From a virus (taxonomy: Duplodnaviria > Caudoviricetes): 64,000 nt of DNA. The notes beneath the pieces are model-generated. The model was given only the letters and a program-made list of their open reading frames with translations, was not told the origin of the DNA and ran no database searches. The translations under genes were made by a program, and so were the position numbers. This document shows, one piece after another, positions 17,274 through 26,313 of this stretch (positions within the stretch are counted from its first letter, which is position 1; every line of letters begins with the position of its first letter). The stretch spans positions 1 through 64,000 of IMG/VR virus record IMGVR_UViG_3300032303_000488; one strand, written 5' to 3'.

Positions 17274-17664
17274 CTTTATTTCCTTCTGTTAGTTTGTCTA
17301 CGATAAAAGTTATCTTATCTAATTCTACCTTATTAAGGCTATGTGTGTCAACTCTTTTTTTTGTATTTTCATCAACTGAACCGTCATCTAATTTTGCTGT
17401 AACTAAAAATCCATTTTCAATCCAATAAACATTGTCTGCCCAGAAAAATGCTCTAATAGAATTTTTCTTTACATGCTCTTTAGATTGAGTTCTAACTTCT
17501 GGTTCTGAACTAATCACATTAATTAAATAATTTCTAATTAGTTCAACTTTTCTGCTCTGTGTAAAAGTTGGAGTTCCGATTGTATGTTTAGTTATTTTTT
17601 TTAACATTACATTAAAAGTAAACAAGGATATTAAAGTTATAAAAGAACCTAAAAAATATTCCAT
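17248..17664 (-). CDS. N-terminally anchored hypothetical protein
   Basis: Hydrophobic N-terminus. Confidence 0.7.
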   Translation of the reverse strand: MEYFLGSFITLISLFTFNVMLKKITKHTIGTPTFTQSRKVELIRNYLINVISSEPEVRTQSKEHVKKNSIRAFFWADNVYWIENGFLVTAKLDDGSVDENTKKRVDTHSLNKVELDKITFIVDKLTEGNKDDSGNSGK

Positions 17665-17666
17665 AG

Positions 17667-17894
17667 TTAATCCTTTAGTTGTTCACGCTCATCAATTATT
17701 TGATAAGCAAATTTGGTCATTGCTTCCTGTGCTTTTTCATTTCTTAGAATACCCTCGTAATGATGAGCACAGAAAAGCAAATCCCCTGATGTTCCTAATG
17801 TTTGAACATAAGCCTGTGAACCACAGGCATCACATCTATCTAGTGCTGATAGTGTCCACTTCTTATCAATTTCTTCAATTAGGTTATTTGTCAT
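17667..17894 (-). CDS. Small zinc-binding protein
   Basis: DRCDAC...LLFCAHH; start revised to MTNNL after GGAGG. Confidence 0.7.
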   Translation of the reverse strand: MTNNLIEEIDKKWTLSALDRCDACGSQAYVQTLGTSGDLLFCAHHYEGILRNEKAQEAMTKFAYQIIDEREQLKD

Positions 17895-18060
17895 TTGAGT
17901 AAAATCCTCCACCATTAAATTTAATTGCTCCTACTGAGTATACTTTGTGCATTGCAATATTGCAAGCATTACAAAGTAATTCTTTATCAGCATCTTCAAA
18001 AGGTCTTACCTCTTGTGCAGTTTTTTCACAGTCTGGGCATTTAAAATTATAGGTAGGCAT
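17884..18060 (-). CDS. FmdB-type zinc-ribbon protein (not in ORF track)
   Basis: MPTYNFKCPDC...CNAC...FNGGGFY. Confidence 0.85.
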   Translation of the reverse strand: MPTYNFKCPDCEKTAQEVRPFEDADKELLCNACNIAMHKVYSVGAIKFNGGGFYSNDK

Positions 18061-18063
18061 ATT

Positions 18064-18528
18064 TTACTTTACTGAGTTTGCTAGAATGTGCTTTAGTGGG
18101 TCTACCAAGTCATCATATGCCGATAGGTGAATTGTTGGATTGCTCCAAGCCTTGTTAGCCTTACCAATGCTCAGGTGTAGGTGTGCTCCAGTTGAGAATT
18201 TACCTGATGGAGTTTTCTTTCCACCGCCAACTTTACCAATGATATCTCCAAGTTTAACTTTAGAGTCTTTCTTCAATGGTGACTGTTCTGCTAGGTGAGC
18301 GTATAGAACGAAGTGTCCGTCTTTTGCTGAATGAACTAGGAACCAACCTAGACCATCACTCCACTCATTAAGAAAAACTGTTCCATCAGTGATTGCTGGA
18401 ATTGGTGAAAGTTCCTTTGGACTCCAGTCCTGACCTCTGTGTGGTCTACCCTCACGATAAGGGGCTAGGTTTCCGAATTCATCTCCACGAGTTTTTGCTG
18501 GGAATGGTTCTTTATAAATTGCTGTCAT
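18064..18528 (-). CDS. M23-family peptidase, probable endolysin
   Basis: HRGQD, YAHL, STGAHLH; start revised to MTAIY after GAAAGGA. Confidence 0.85.
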   Translation of the reverse strand: MTAIYKEPFPAKTRGDEFGNLAPYREGRPHRGQDWSPKELSPIPAITDGTVFLNEWSDGLGWFLVHSAKDGHFVLYAHLAEQSPLKKDSKVKLGDIIGKVGGGKKTPSGKFSTGAHLHLSIGKANKAWSNPTIHLSAYDDLVDPLKHILANSVK

Positions 18529-18594
18529 AATTATACTTCCTTTCAAGATGTATTCTACGATTGCTCATAGTAATACTATTATAGCATTCATCAG

Positions 18595-18666
18595 AGCCAC
18601 CTAACAGATTTGAACTGTTGACCTCCATATTACAAGTATGGCACTCTACCGCTGAGTTAAGGTGGC
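18595..18666 (-). tRNA. tRNA-Thr(UGU)
   Basis: GCCACC acceptor stem, CCATA-CTTGTAA-TATGG anticodon arm, GTTCAAA T-loop; no encoded CCA. Confidence 0.9.
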
Positions 18667-18667
18667 A

Positions 18668-18744
18668 TGGCGACTCTGACCAGACTTGAACTGGCGGCTT
18701 CCACCGTGACAGGGTGGCACTCTGACCAACTGAGTTACAGAATC
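18668..18744 (-). tRNA. tRNA-Asp(GUC)
   Basis: CCACC-CTGTCAC-GGTGG anticodon arm; GTTCAAG; encoded CCA. Confidence 0.9.
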
Positions 18745-18749
18745 ATGCG

Positions 18750-18820
18750 AGCGTATGACAGGAATCGAACCTGCACCTCTAACTTGGAAGGATAGGGCAC
18801 TACCACTATGCAACATACGC
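18750..18820 (-). tRNA. tRNA-Gly(UCC)
   Basis: GCGTATG acceptor stem, CTTCCAA loop, GGTTCGATTCC; no encoded CCA. Confidence 0.9.
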
Positions 18821-18821
18821 T

Positions 18822-18897
18822 TGGCTGGGCATCCTGGGTTCGAACCAGGGACATTTCGATTAACAGTCGAACACTCTGCCAACTGAGTTAATGCCCA
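18822..18897 (-). tRNA. tRNA-Asn(GUU)
   Basis: TTCGA-CTGTTAA-TCGAA anticodon arm; GGTTCGAACCC; encoded CCA. Confidence 0.9.
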
Positions 18898-18908
18898 TCA
18901 CTATTTAA

Positions 18909-19142
18909 TTATACAGTGTAACCACTGTTTGTTGCTCGCCATACAGACGGAGCATGATTGTCTTCCACAGCCAACTTGGTTGTTTCATCTTCATACAATC
19001 TTAATACATGAATACATGCATCATCATAGTTCTCATCTTCTTCTGCGGTTGTAGGTATACCGTCATGGGTAGAACAAACAGCAGGACCAACCCATCCTTG
19101 TGTCAAACCATGTTGTAGCCATTCGTCAAAAGTCATTGACAT
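18909..19142 (-). CDS. Hypothetical phage protein
   Basis: Start revised to MSMTFDEW after GAAAGGGG. Confidence 0.75.
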   Translation of the reverse strand: MSMTFDEWLQHGLTQGWVGPAVCSTHDGIPTTAEEDENYDDACIHVLRLYEDETTKLAVEDNHAPSVWRATNSGYTV

Positions 19143-19169
19143 AGAAAAACCCCTTTCAGGTCTATATCT

Positions 19170-19198
19170 ATTATAGGGCACCGAAAGGGGTTTGTCAA
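19170..19198 (-). promoter_or_regulatory. Consensus promoter upstream of the hypothetical gene and tRNA cluster
   Basis: TTGACA-17 bp-TATAAT on the minus strand. Confidence 0.85.
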
Positions 19199-19199
19199 G

Positions 19200-19436
19200 T
19201 TATTTTTTTGCTGGAATGTTATCAACAAATGCTGCATTAATCTCGTCTTGAGTTAGTTTACCATCGTTTAGGTATCCACGAGACAAGTCTTCAATTACAT
19301 TTGCAATTCCCATAAATCCTGCTAGGATAGCAGTCTGGACTACATTGATTCCAATTACTGCACCTGCACCAATAGTAGCCAAAGCGGTTACCAAAAACAG
19401 AGCAAGCATACGCTTTGCAATCTTTAAAATATTCAT
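19200..19436 (-). CDS. Two-TM membrane protein
   Basis: Hydrophobic; GGAGG SD; TAATG coupling. Confidence 0.75.
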   Translation of the reverse strand: MNILKIAKRMLALFLVTALATIGAGAVIGINVVQTAILAGFMGIANVIEDLSRGYLNDGKLTQDEINAAFVDNIPAKK

Positions 19437-19615
19437 TAGTCTTCCTCCTTATCTTTTGGGTTTCTAAGTGGATAAGTAATCATCCATAGAACTGATGTTC
19501 CAATGATTGCATATCCTACAACTGTTTTTGCTGAACCCTCAAGGACCAGCCATGCTACAAACATACCAAGGAGTGTCCAGGCTTGACCGAGTAGGTCATT
19601 TAAAAATTTCTTCAT
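19436..19615 (-). CDS. Two-TM membrane protein (not in ORF track)
   Basis: MKKFLNDLLGQAWTLLGMF...; TAATG coupling on both sides. Confidence 0.75.
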   Translation of the reverse strand: MKKFLNDLLGQAWTLLGMFVAWLVLEGSAKTVVGYAIIGTSVLWMITYPLRNPKDKEED

Positions 19616-21546
19616 TAATCTTTCCTCCTTCTATATCCTGTGCTAGATGAACCACCTGTTGGTGCTCCACCTGCTGATGGTGATGCCATGAGTGCAGCAC
19701 CTGTTGCTGCGTTTACTGCTGCTCCAACAGCAACAACTGCTGTTACAACAATCTTTTTTGATTCTTCTCTTACTTTAGTAGACATGTCGGAACCAACGTT
19801 TCCCATAAAGTTAAGTGCACCAACCAAAGCCGCTGCTCCTGGAATGGCTGCAAGTTCTTCAGAAATTACAATGTCATCTGCTTGGGCTGCTACAAATAGA
19901 GCGTCAAGAGCCTGTTCATATTCTGGTGAACCTTGTTCTGAATTATTTAGGATTTCATTTGCTACAGATATAAGTTCTGCTACTTGTTCATTTGAAAGTG
20001 ATTGTGGGTCTACCGTGGCTATATCTACTGGTAACTCAGGTTGATTGGGTTCGGGGGACACTGGCGGCTCTGGTTCTGGTAGCGGTTCTGGGATAACTTC
20101 TGTTGGCTTTTCAACAGGTTCCTCGGTCTCCGTAGGTGTAGGTGCTGGCTCTTCATAAGGTGGAATGGAGTCAAGTTCTTGTTGGACTGCAACTAATTCC
20201 TCCTGTTTTGTTATTACATCCTGAGATGCTACTTCAATTATACCTGCTTTTTCTGTTTGAACTAACAAAGATGACTCATAATCCTGTTGTAGTTTGTCCC
20301 TATCTGATATTGCAAATAACAAAGTAGATTCTTTTTCATTCAAATCAATTTGTGCTATGCCTATTGGTATTAGCAATGCAGAGTCATTAATTAGTAGTGC
20401 ATTGGCATCCTCATCTGGAATAACTATAACTATATCTTCTTTTCTGTATCTAGTTTCTTCTCTAAATAAATTAATCTCATCATATACAGTTACTTCATCG
20501 TAAATTGTTTCCTCTGTGTACACAGTTACTTCTTGATATTTTACAACTGGCTGATAGATTGTTTCTGTTACTGTTGTTTCTCCAAACCAAGATGCAGGAA
20601 TAATTTGCATGTTGTCACCAGAAATTTTTGAATAAAGTTGTACCCATGCTCCACCACCATTTTCATAATAGTATAAAGTGGTAGGATAAAATATACCTGC
20701 TCTAATCCATACTTCTTGGGAGGTGCTACCACCTCCGCCTTTGTCACGCCAATCATTGATAAGGCTCATACCAGCAATAGTTAATTTAACTCCGTCATCT
20801 CCTGGAGCATAAAAACTATACCATCCATCTTGTGGAACCATTAGGTTTCCTTCAAACTTAACTAAAACGTCTTCAGTCTTTCCAGAATTTAAAACTTGAC
20901 CTCCACCCCATTGGAAATCAATGTTTGGTACGTTTTGAGTGGCTAACGGTGTCTCTTGTTCTGTTGGAAGTGGTGGGGCATTATTGTATCCCTGTCTATT
21001 ATATGAAATTGCTGTAAGTCCACCTGGAACTACCCTTGTAATTTCAATTGGCTCATAGTCCAAATAAGATTGTAGTTCTGTATGAGGCACAAGGATTGTT
21101 CTTGGAACTAACTCTGTTCTTGGAACTAATTCTGTATAAGGAACTTGAACTGTATAGGGAACATCAATAGTCTGTGTAATTTCTTTGTCAGGTCTCACCC
21201 AGTTAGGGTCTAAAATTAATTTTGTATTGTAATCATCTTTAGCCAAATCTAAACTTGCTTGTGCTTTAGTTACAAGTAGTTCTTTATTCTGTACATCTAT
21301 AATTTTGTTATCTAGGATTGTTTTATTTGACTCTACTATAGCATCAATGGTAGATTTATTATCTAATGCTACTTGATATGTTTCTTGAGCAAGAGTTAGT
21401 TTACTTTGAGCAGCATCAACTTTGCCTTGGGCTTCTGCAACTACTGCATCATACTCAGCCTTTGTTTCCGCAGAGGCTGTTGATGGAAAAAATAGACAGG
21501 AAAAGGCTAATAGTATTGCTAATAAAAATCTTTGGGGTTTATTAAT
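19615..21546 (-). CDS. Secreted, C-terminally anchored PA14-domain protein
   Basis: Frame extends 100 codons upstream of the tracked TTG to an ATT preceded by AAGGAG; signal peptide, PA14 motifs (GDDG, YYENGGGA), PE-rich linker, C-terminal hydrophobic anchor. Confidence 0.75.
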   Translation of the reverse strand: MNKPQRFLLAILLAFSCLFFPSTASAETKAEYDAVVAEAQGKVDAAQSKLTLAQETYQVALDNKSTIDAIVESNKTILDNKIIDVQNKELLVTKAQASLDLAKDDYNTKLILDPNWVRPDKEITQTIDVPYTVQVPYTELVPRTELVPRTILVPHTELQSYLDYEPIEITRVVPGGLTAISYNRQGYNNAPPLPTEQETPLATQNVPNIDFQWGGGQVLNSGKTEDVLVKFEGNLMVPQDGWYSFYAPGDDGVKLTIAGMSLINDWRDKGGGGSTSQEVWIRAGIFYPTTLYYYENGGGAWVQLYSKISGDNMQIIPASWFGETTVTETIYQPVVKYQEVTVYTEETIYDEVTVYDEINLFREETRYRKEDIVIVIPDEDANALLINDSALLIPIGIAQIDLNEKESTLLFAISDRDKLQQDYESSLLVQTEKAGIIEVASQDVITKQEELVAVQQELDSIPPYEEPAPTPTETEEPVEKPTEVIPEPLPEPEPPVSPEPNQPELPVDIATVDPQSLSNEQVAELISVANEILNNSEQGSPEYEQALDALFVAAQADDIVISEELAAIPGAAALVGALNFMGNVGSDMSTKVREESKKIVVTAVVAVGAAVNAATGAALMASPSAGGAPTGGSSSTGYRRRKD

Positions 21547-21590
21547 TTGTAGTCTCCTTGTTGGGAATGTCCAACAAAACTATTATACCA

Positions 21591-23387
21591 CTACATTATA
21601 TTTATGTTGAACTGTTTAAAGTATGCATCTAAATCTTTTTGCTCTGGTTTATTGCGTTGAATGATATTACGCTTGTCAAACTCATGCATTTCTTCCGTTG
21701 GTTTTCTGTCACGAAATGTATGTATTTCTACCATCTGATTCATGTCTTTTACAGTGTGAGAGATAGCACCAAAGATAGCACCGCATACAGCATCTGCAAG
21801 GTCCTTAGAGGACTTTCTAGGGTGGTCTACACGATTACCCCTCATAATTTTTAATTCTGTTAATTCTTCAAACAGCAACTCTATGGCTGGCATAGCAAGT
21901 CTTTCTTCGTAAACAAGCATAGCCATATCTTCATAGTGTTTCTTGGCAACAGATACAGTCTCAGTCTTTATACCAACAGACTTTAATTCATTTTGAATAT
22001 CAAACGATTGCCAACGGTCAAACGATACCATACCCAAATCAAATCCAAGTCTCCTCAAGTTCTGAATCCATTGCTTTACCTCTGAAAGGTTAACAGGACC
22101 TTCAACTTTTGGTTCCCAATATACTACTGCATCTACCACTACGATAGGCATTACTTGGGCATAATCTTTAACTACCTGCACATTTACCCATTTTTCAACG
22201 TGAGCAATAGCCACAGCACATTTGTCGTGGCGTTGTGCAAGGTCAGCATGGACAAAGTATTTTTTATCTGGGTCTGGTTTAAATGATTCCATAAAACTTT
22301 TATTAGAATCAATGGGGTTTACAATTGTCATACAAGCACGAACTTTTTCCTGTTGCTTAAAGAAAGCGTCAGAGGCGTAGGTGGGGACACAAGCAAAACG
22401 CATCATGGCATCTCCCAGGTCTGTATAGAACGCTAATTTAAAGTCATCAATTTTACGAGTAGGATTTACCACCCATGTAGGTCTTTTAATAGCAAACATT
22501 CCTGGAAATTTATAAGACAAAATATTATCTTCTTCCCATTCAATATCTAGGCTATTTCCATCTGCATCTTCTGGCAAATCTGCATTCATAATAAACTTAT
22601 GTTTCTTTATTACCACTTCTTTTTCGGCAATAACTGAGTCATACCTTTGGCTAATAAAGTCCCCAGGATAGCGTGGAAAAGAAAGTAGTGCTACTTTGCC
22701 TAAGTCTGGAAAACGACTGTCTACGGAGGCACGGAAGGCTTTATAGATGTTGTCTGCGGTTTTTCCTTGGTCATTTCCAGTTCCAACTTCATTAGCAAAA
22801 CCAGAAATTTCATCCAGCACTGCCAGAATAAGGTTTAGACCTTCGTGAGACTCTCGTTCTGAGTGTCCAGAATAAACAGTAATAGCATTATTAAACTCAA
22901 TGCTATCTACTTTTGCATAATATTTACCAGCGAACCAAGGTGAACGCTCAATTTTGTTTTTGAAGCCCTTAAAAAAAACGTTCTTAGCCTGTTGTGCGTT
23001 AACAGCAATGTTGATAATATCAATAGCGTCTCCAGTAGGTTTGCCAAAATAACGAGCAGGGTCTTTAAGACAAAGTAATTTATAAACAATATAGGAACAA
23101 GCGACAGTAGAAACAAAATCCTTACCAGAACCTTTTCCAAGTTGTAGGATTACTTCATTCTTTGTATATTTTTTGTAGTATCTACGACCTTCTTCTTCAC
23201 CAAGTAGTTCTATAACCTCTTCTAGTCTATAAATTTGTGACATTGCTTCAACAATGTCATACTGAATTTGAGATAGTGGTGGCTGTTGCAAATAGTCTTC
23301 ACCTTCAACAAATGTTTTAACATCTACTGGTATCTCTGCAAAAACGTTGCTCTTTAGTACCTCAAGAAAATCATTGAACATTGACAA
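21591..23387 (-). CDS. terL: Terminase large subunit
   Basis: GKGSGK Walker A, AVLDE Walker B, RuvC-like nuclease (HADLA, DRWQS, DLADA). Confidence 0.9.
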   Translation of the reverse strand: MSMFNDFLEVLKSNVFAEIPVDVKTFVEGEDYLQQPPLSQIQYDIVEAMSQIYRLEEVIELLGEEEGRRYYKKYTKNEVILQLGKGSGKDFVSTVACSYIVYKLLCLKDPARYFGKPTGDAIDIINIAVNAQQAKNVFFKGFKNKIERSPWFAGKYYAKVDSIEFNNAITVYSGHSERESHEGLNLILAVLDEISGFANEVGTGNDQGKTADNIYKAFRASVDSRFPDLGKVALLSFPRYPGDFISQRYDSVIAEKEVVIKKHKFIMNADLPEDADGNSLDIEWEEDNILSYKFPGMFAIKRPTWVVNPTRKIDDFKLAFYTDLGDAMMRFACVPTYASDAFFKQQEKVRACMTIVNPIDSNKSFMESFKPDPDKKYFVHADLAQRHDKCAVAIAHVEKWVNVQVVKDYAQVMPIVVVDAVVYWEPKVEGPVNLSEVKQWIQNLRRLGFDLGMVSFDRWQSFDIQNELKSVGIKTETVSVAKKHYEDMAMLVYEERLAMPAIELLFEELTELKIMRGNRVDHPRKSSKDLADAVCGAIFGAISHTVKDMNQMVEIHTFRDRKPTEEMHEFDKRNIIQRNKPEQKDLDAYFKQFNINIM

Positions 23388-23904
23388 TGGTTATAACCTC
23401 TTGCTCTTTTGATACCTGCGAAAGCCTACGCATAATCTCGTCACGAATCTGTGGATACTCACTTGCAATATCTCTAAGAATACCAACAAGTACATCTTGT
23501 TTGTGTTCAATGTTTAGCATCTCTTCTGCCAGTTCTTTATTCTCAAGTAGACCAGCCTTTTGTAGCATGTCTATACGTTTGCTTTCAATATCCATAACAA
23601 GTTTAATTGCGGCAGTCTTGGCACCAAGATTAGCAACAGTGGTAGCATCATCCATAACTTCGTATGCTTTACTAATTAGTTTGTTATAGTGTGTGTCTGC
23701 ACCAACCAATGCTTCCTTTGCCCTAGCACGAATAGCAGCATTGTCAGAAGCCATTACACGCCACTGATTAATGTGGGCTACAACTTTTTGACGTGGTAGT
23801 GCAAGTGCTTTAGAAATTTGGGTAGGTTCTTCACCTTGGAGGTACTTCTCCACAACCTTATTCATCTCATCAAGATGTTCAACCGTTAATTCTTCAATCG
23901 ACAT
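23371..23904 (-). CDS. Probable terminase small subunit
   Basis: N-terminal HTH-like segment plus helical body, directly upstream of terL. Confidence 0.55.
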   Translation of the reverse strand: MSIEELTVEHLDEMNKVVEKYLQGEEPTQISKALALPRQKVVAHINQWRVMASDNAAIRARAKEALVGADTHYNKLISKAYEVMDDATTVANLGAKTAAIKLVMDIESKRIDMLQKAGLLENKELAEEMLNIEHKQDVLVGILRDIASEYPQIRDEIMRRLSQVSKEQEVITIVNVQ

Positions 23905-24181
23905 TTTTCTTTGGTCTTCCTCGTTTTGTTGGAATTCTTTTTATCCTATCTGGAGTAAAAGAACGCCATATAGTAGGCTTTGCTTTTTGCATTTCAAAGC
24001 AGTCTACCCAAACTTTACCAGTTTCTGTATTGGTAACAAGACTTTCAAACATAAACTTTACGCCATGTTCCCCATCTATCTTAATGATATCACCTTTAGC
24101 AATAGTAAAATTGCCGATTTCTAGGCTATCTTCTTTGTCAAATTTTGTTTGAATTTGTTTAACTAATTTTACTTTTTTCAT
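23894..24181 (-). CDS. Hypothetical protein (SH3-like beta-rich)
   Basis: ORF coupled in operon. Confidence 0.7.
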   Translation of the reverse strand: MKKVKLVKQIQTKFDKEDSLEIGNFTIAKGDIIKIDGEHGVKFMFESLVTNTETGKVWVDCFEMQKAKPTIWRSFTPDRIKRIPTKRGRPKKNVD

Positions 24182-24333
24182 CTTTTTGACTTCCTTAACT
24201 TAAACTTGGCTAAATAAACATAGACTGTTTCTACGCTAGTGCCACACTCTAAAGCAATTTGCTCTGGAGTTTTTTTATCTACATGGAATCTTTTGCGAAG
24301 CCACGCCTCATTGGTATAAAATTTATTAGCCAT
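24178..24333 (-). CDS. Small HTH DNA-binding protein
   Basis: MANKFY...PEQIALECGTSVETVYVYL. Confidence 0.7.
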   Translation of the reverse strand: MANKFYTNEAWLRKRFHVDKKTPEQIALECGTSVETVYVYLAKFKLRKSKR

Positions 24334-24908
24334 CAGTATCCAAACGCCTTGTCCCAATTTTTTAAAGCCCAATGACCAATAGCACAAGCATCTGCAACAT
24401 CGTCATCATCTAATTGTTTATCATAGTTTATATTAACAAAATTAATTGTTTTTTGTTTTCGAATACTTCGTTCTTCATTCTTAAACCAAGACACAGATTT
24501 TCCTGGATTCTTTTTCTGTATCTCGTGTTTTTCTTCTTTGGTTATCTTCTTGTTGCCAATAAAGTTCTGCCATGTCATAGGTGAGACTGAGCCAATCCTC
24601 TTTACCCCAGCCATAGATGCAGCACCAAGCAATGCTCCCTGAACCATAGCCAACTGAGCGGCAGTCTTAGGACTGTTCATAAAGACTGTGTGTTCAATTA
24701 TAATAGTATCAAAATCAAACTTATCAAAGAAGGCTTTTGTTTTCTTAGCAGCATCCATAACCTTGTCATAGGTAGACACGCCCTCAAACTTAATCTTGCC
24801 ACAAGCAATAATTTTATTATCGTCAAAGATGGCAAACGCTAGGCTGTTTGTGCTGGCATCAATAGCACAGAATCGTTTTGGTTTTTTAGTCAAGTTTAGT
24901 TTTACCAT
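24333..24908 (-). CDS. RuvC-like Holliday junction resolvase
   Basis: AIDASTNSLAF, IIIE, DDVADACAI. Confidence 0.8.
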   Translation of the reverse strand: MVKLNLTKKPKRFCAIDASTNSLAFAIFDDNKIIACGKIKFEGVSTYDKVMDAAKKTKAFFDKFDFDTIIIEHTVFMNSPKTAAQLAMVQGALLGAASMAGVKRIGSVSPMTWQNFIGNKKITKEEKHEIQKKNPGKSVSWFKNEERSIRKQKTINFVNINYDKQLDDDDVADACAIGHWALKNWDKAFGY

Positions 24909-25185
24909 TTAGGATATCCTTAATCTCTTTAAGAGTGTCTTTAACGTCATCTGGATTTACCTCACAATTTTGACAAATAGTTTCCTCGGTGTAGATTGAC
25001 AATTGTTTGTTACAAGATTTACAAAGTCTGACTTTTCCAACACGCTTCTTTACCTTATCCTTTAAATATTTTTCAGCAATCTTTTCTCTAGTTGCTTGTT
25101 CCCTGCATTCAGCAGAGCAGTATATCTGATAAGATAGTTTAGTTTGAAATTGCTTATCGCACCAATTACAGTGTTTGTTCTTCAT
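24886..25185 (-). CDS. Zinc-finger protein
   Basis: CxxC...YCSAEC...CxxC...CxxC. Confidence 0.75.
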   Translation of the reverse strand: MKNKHCNWCDKQFQTKLSYQIYCSAECREQATREKIAEKYLKDKVKKRVGKVRLCKSCNKQLSIYTEETICQNCEVNPDDVKDTLKEIKDILNGKTKLD

Positions 25186-25975
25186 TTAAAGGCTCCAGAG
25201 ATTTAATTTTTATCTCTCCAGAACCTGCAGAAGCACAAGCCGCTTGTATAGGGCATGTCTTGCATATCTTTGAATTAGAACGATAATTTTTCTCTGGCAG
25301 GGTTTTATCTTCCCAAGCCTTTCGAACATTCCTCATCCACTCAAAAGTGTTCTCTACCCACTCGTACATGTACTGATTTAATTCTACAGGAAAAATCAAC
25401 AGTTCGTGATTGTTCTTGTTTTCATAAATCAGGATTGCTTTGCTTCTATTAAGAATCTTCATGTAAATAAGCAACTGGACCATATGCCCTAGTTTTGGCT
25501 TACCTGCACTTTTGCGATACTCAAATCCTTCATTCGGCATTGTCTTAATCTCACCAAGTAACTCTTGGTCTTCCCAATTAAGAATAACATCCCCATAGCC
25601 AAAGATTGGTGGGCTGTCGTATGTTACCTTGAATTCCGAATCTACAAGCAGACCAGGGACATTACCCATTGCTGTTTGAATTCTTTCGTGTGCCTTTGTA
25701 CCAGCAGTCATGTTCGCACCGCCATAAGCATCAGCATTGTCTGTAAAGTTTGCACCCTCAAAGGCTAGATACCAATAGCGTGGACATTCTCCATGAGAGA
25801 ATGCTATTGTGCTAGGTGCAAATGTTTTCTTTGTTTGAAACTTATCTACACGATTGACAGTATAACCAGAGTTAATCTTTTCAATCAATGCTTCTTTGTC
25901 AAGGAATGAAGGTTTTGAATTTGGATTCGCATCAATCTTCTTGAGCATCACTTGTTGCAATAAATTTTTAGCCAT
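25166..25975 (-). CDS. Cas4-like / PD-(D/E)XK exonuclease
   Basis: CPR, GYGD..EIKT, QLLIY and C-terminal CxxCxxxxxC Fe-S cysteines. Confidence 0.8.
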   Translation of the reverse strand: MAKNLLQQVMLKKIDANPNSKPSFLDKEALIEKINSGYTVNRVDKFQTKKTFAPSTIAFSHGECPRYWYLAFEGANFTDNADAYGGANMTAGTKAHERIQTAMGNVPGLLVDSEFKVTYDSPPIFGYGDVILNWEDQELLGEIKTMPNEGFEYRKSAGKPKLGHMVQLLIYMKILNRSKAILIYENKNNHELLIFPVELNQYMYEWVENTFEWMRNVRKAWEDKTLPEKNYRSNSKICKTCPIQAACASAGSGEIKIKSLEPLNEEQTL

Positions 25976-25981
25976 GATAAT

Positions 25982-26287
25982 TTAGCGAGTAATATATTTA
26001 AGAGCCGATACGAGGTTGTTAATAGCCTCTGCAGCGGTGTAGTAAATATTCTTTTTCGCTCTGTCTCCTTTATCTACGTTAGTAAGCCATGTGGCTTTGA
26101 AAGACATCTTCGCAGCAATTGCTTGCAAACGAACGATTTCTACTTGTGCAACGTTAAGTGGAATGTCTGGCTTAAGAATTACCTTAGCAATAAAGGTAAG
26201 AGCAGTAGTCAGTTCTTCATCATTCATAAAGTCAGCAATCTCTGTAAGACCATTGACCTGTTCAATTGTTGTCTGTGTTTGTTCCAT
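25982..26287 (-). CDS. Helical hypothetical protein
   Basis: ORF with AAGGA SD and upstream TATAAT. Confidence 0.8.
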   Translation of the reverse strand: MEQTQTTIEQVNGLTEIADFMNDEELTTALTFIAKVILKPDIPLNVAQVEIVRLQAIAAKMSFKATWLTNVDKGDRAKKNIYYTAAEAINNLVSALKYITR

Positions 26288-26313
26288 TTTGTTTCCTTAA
26301 TGTTATAGTTCTA

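Noticed and set aside
18646-18882. 78-aa ORF
   Set aside because: Overlaps the four tRNA genes.
25166-25975. Cas4-like nuclease as evidence of a CRISPR-Cas system
   Set aside because: No other cas genes and no repeat-spacer array seen; it sits among recombination genes, as stand-alone phage Cas4-like nucleases usually do.
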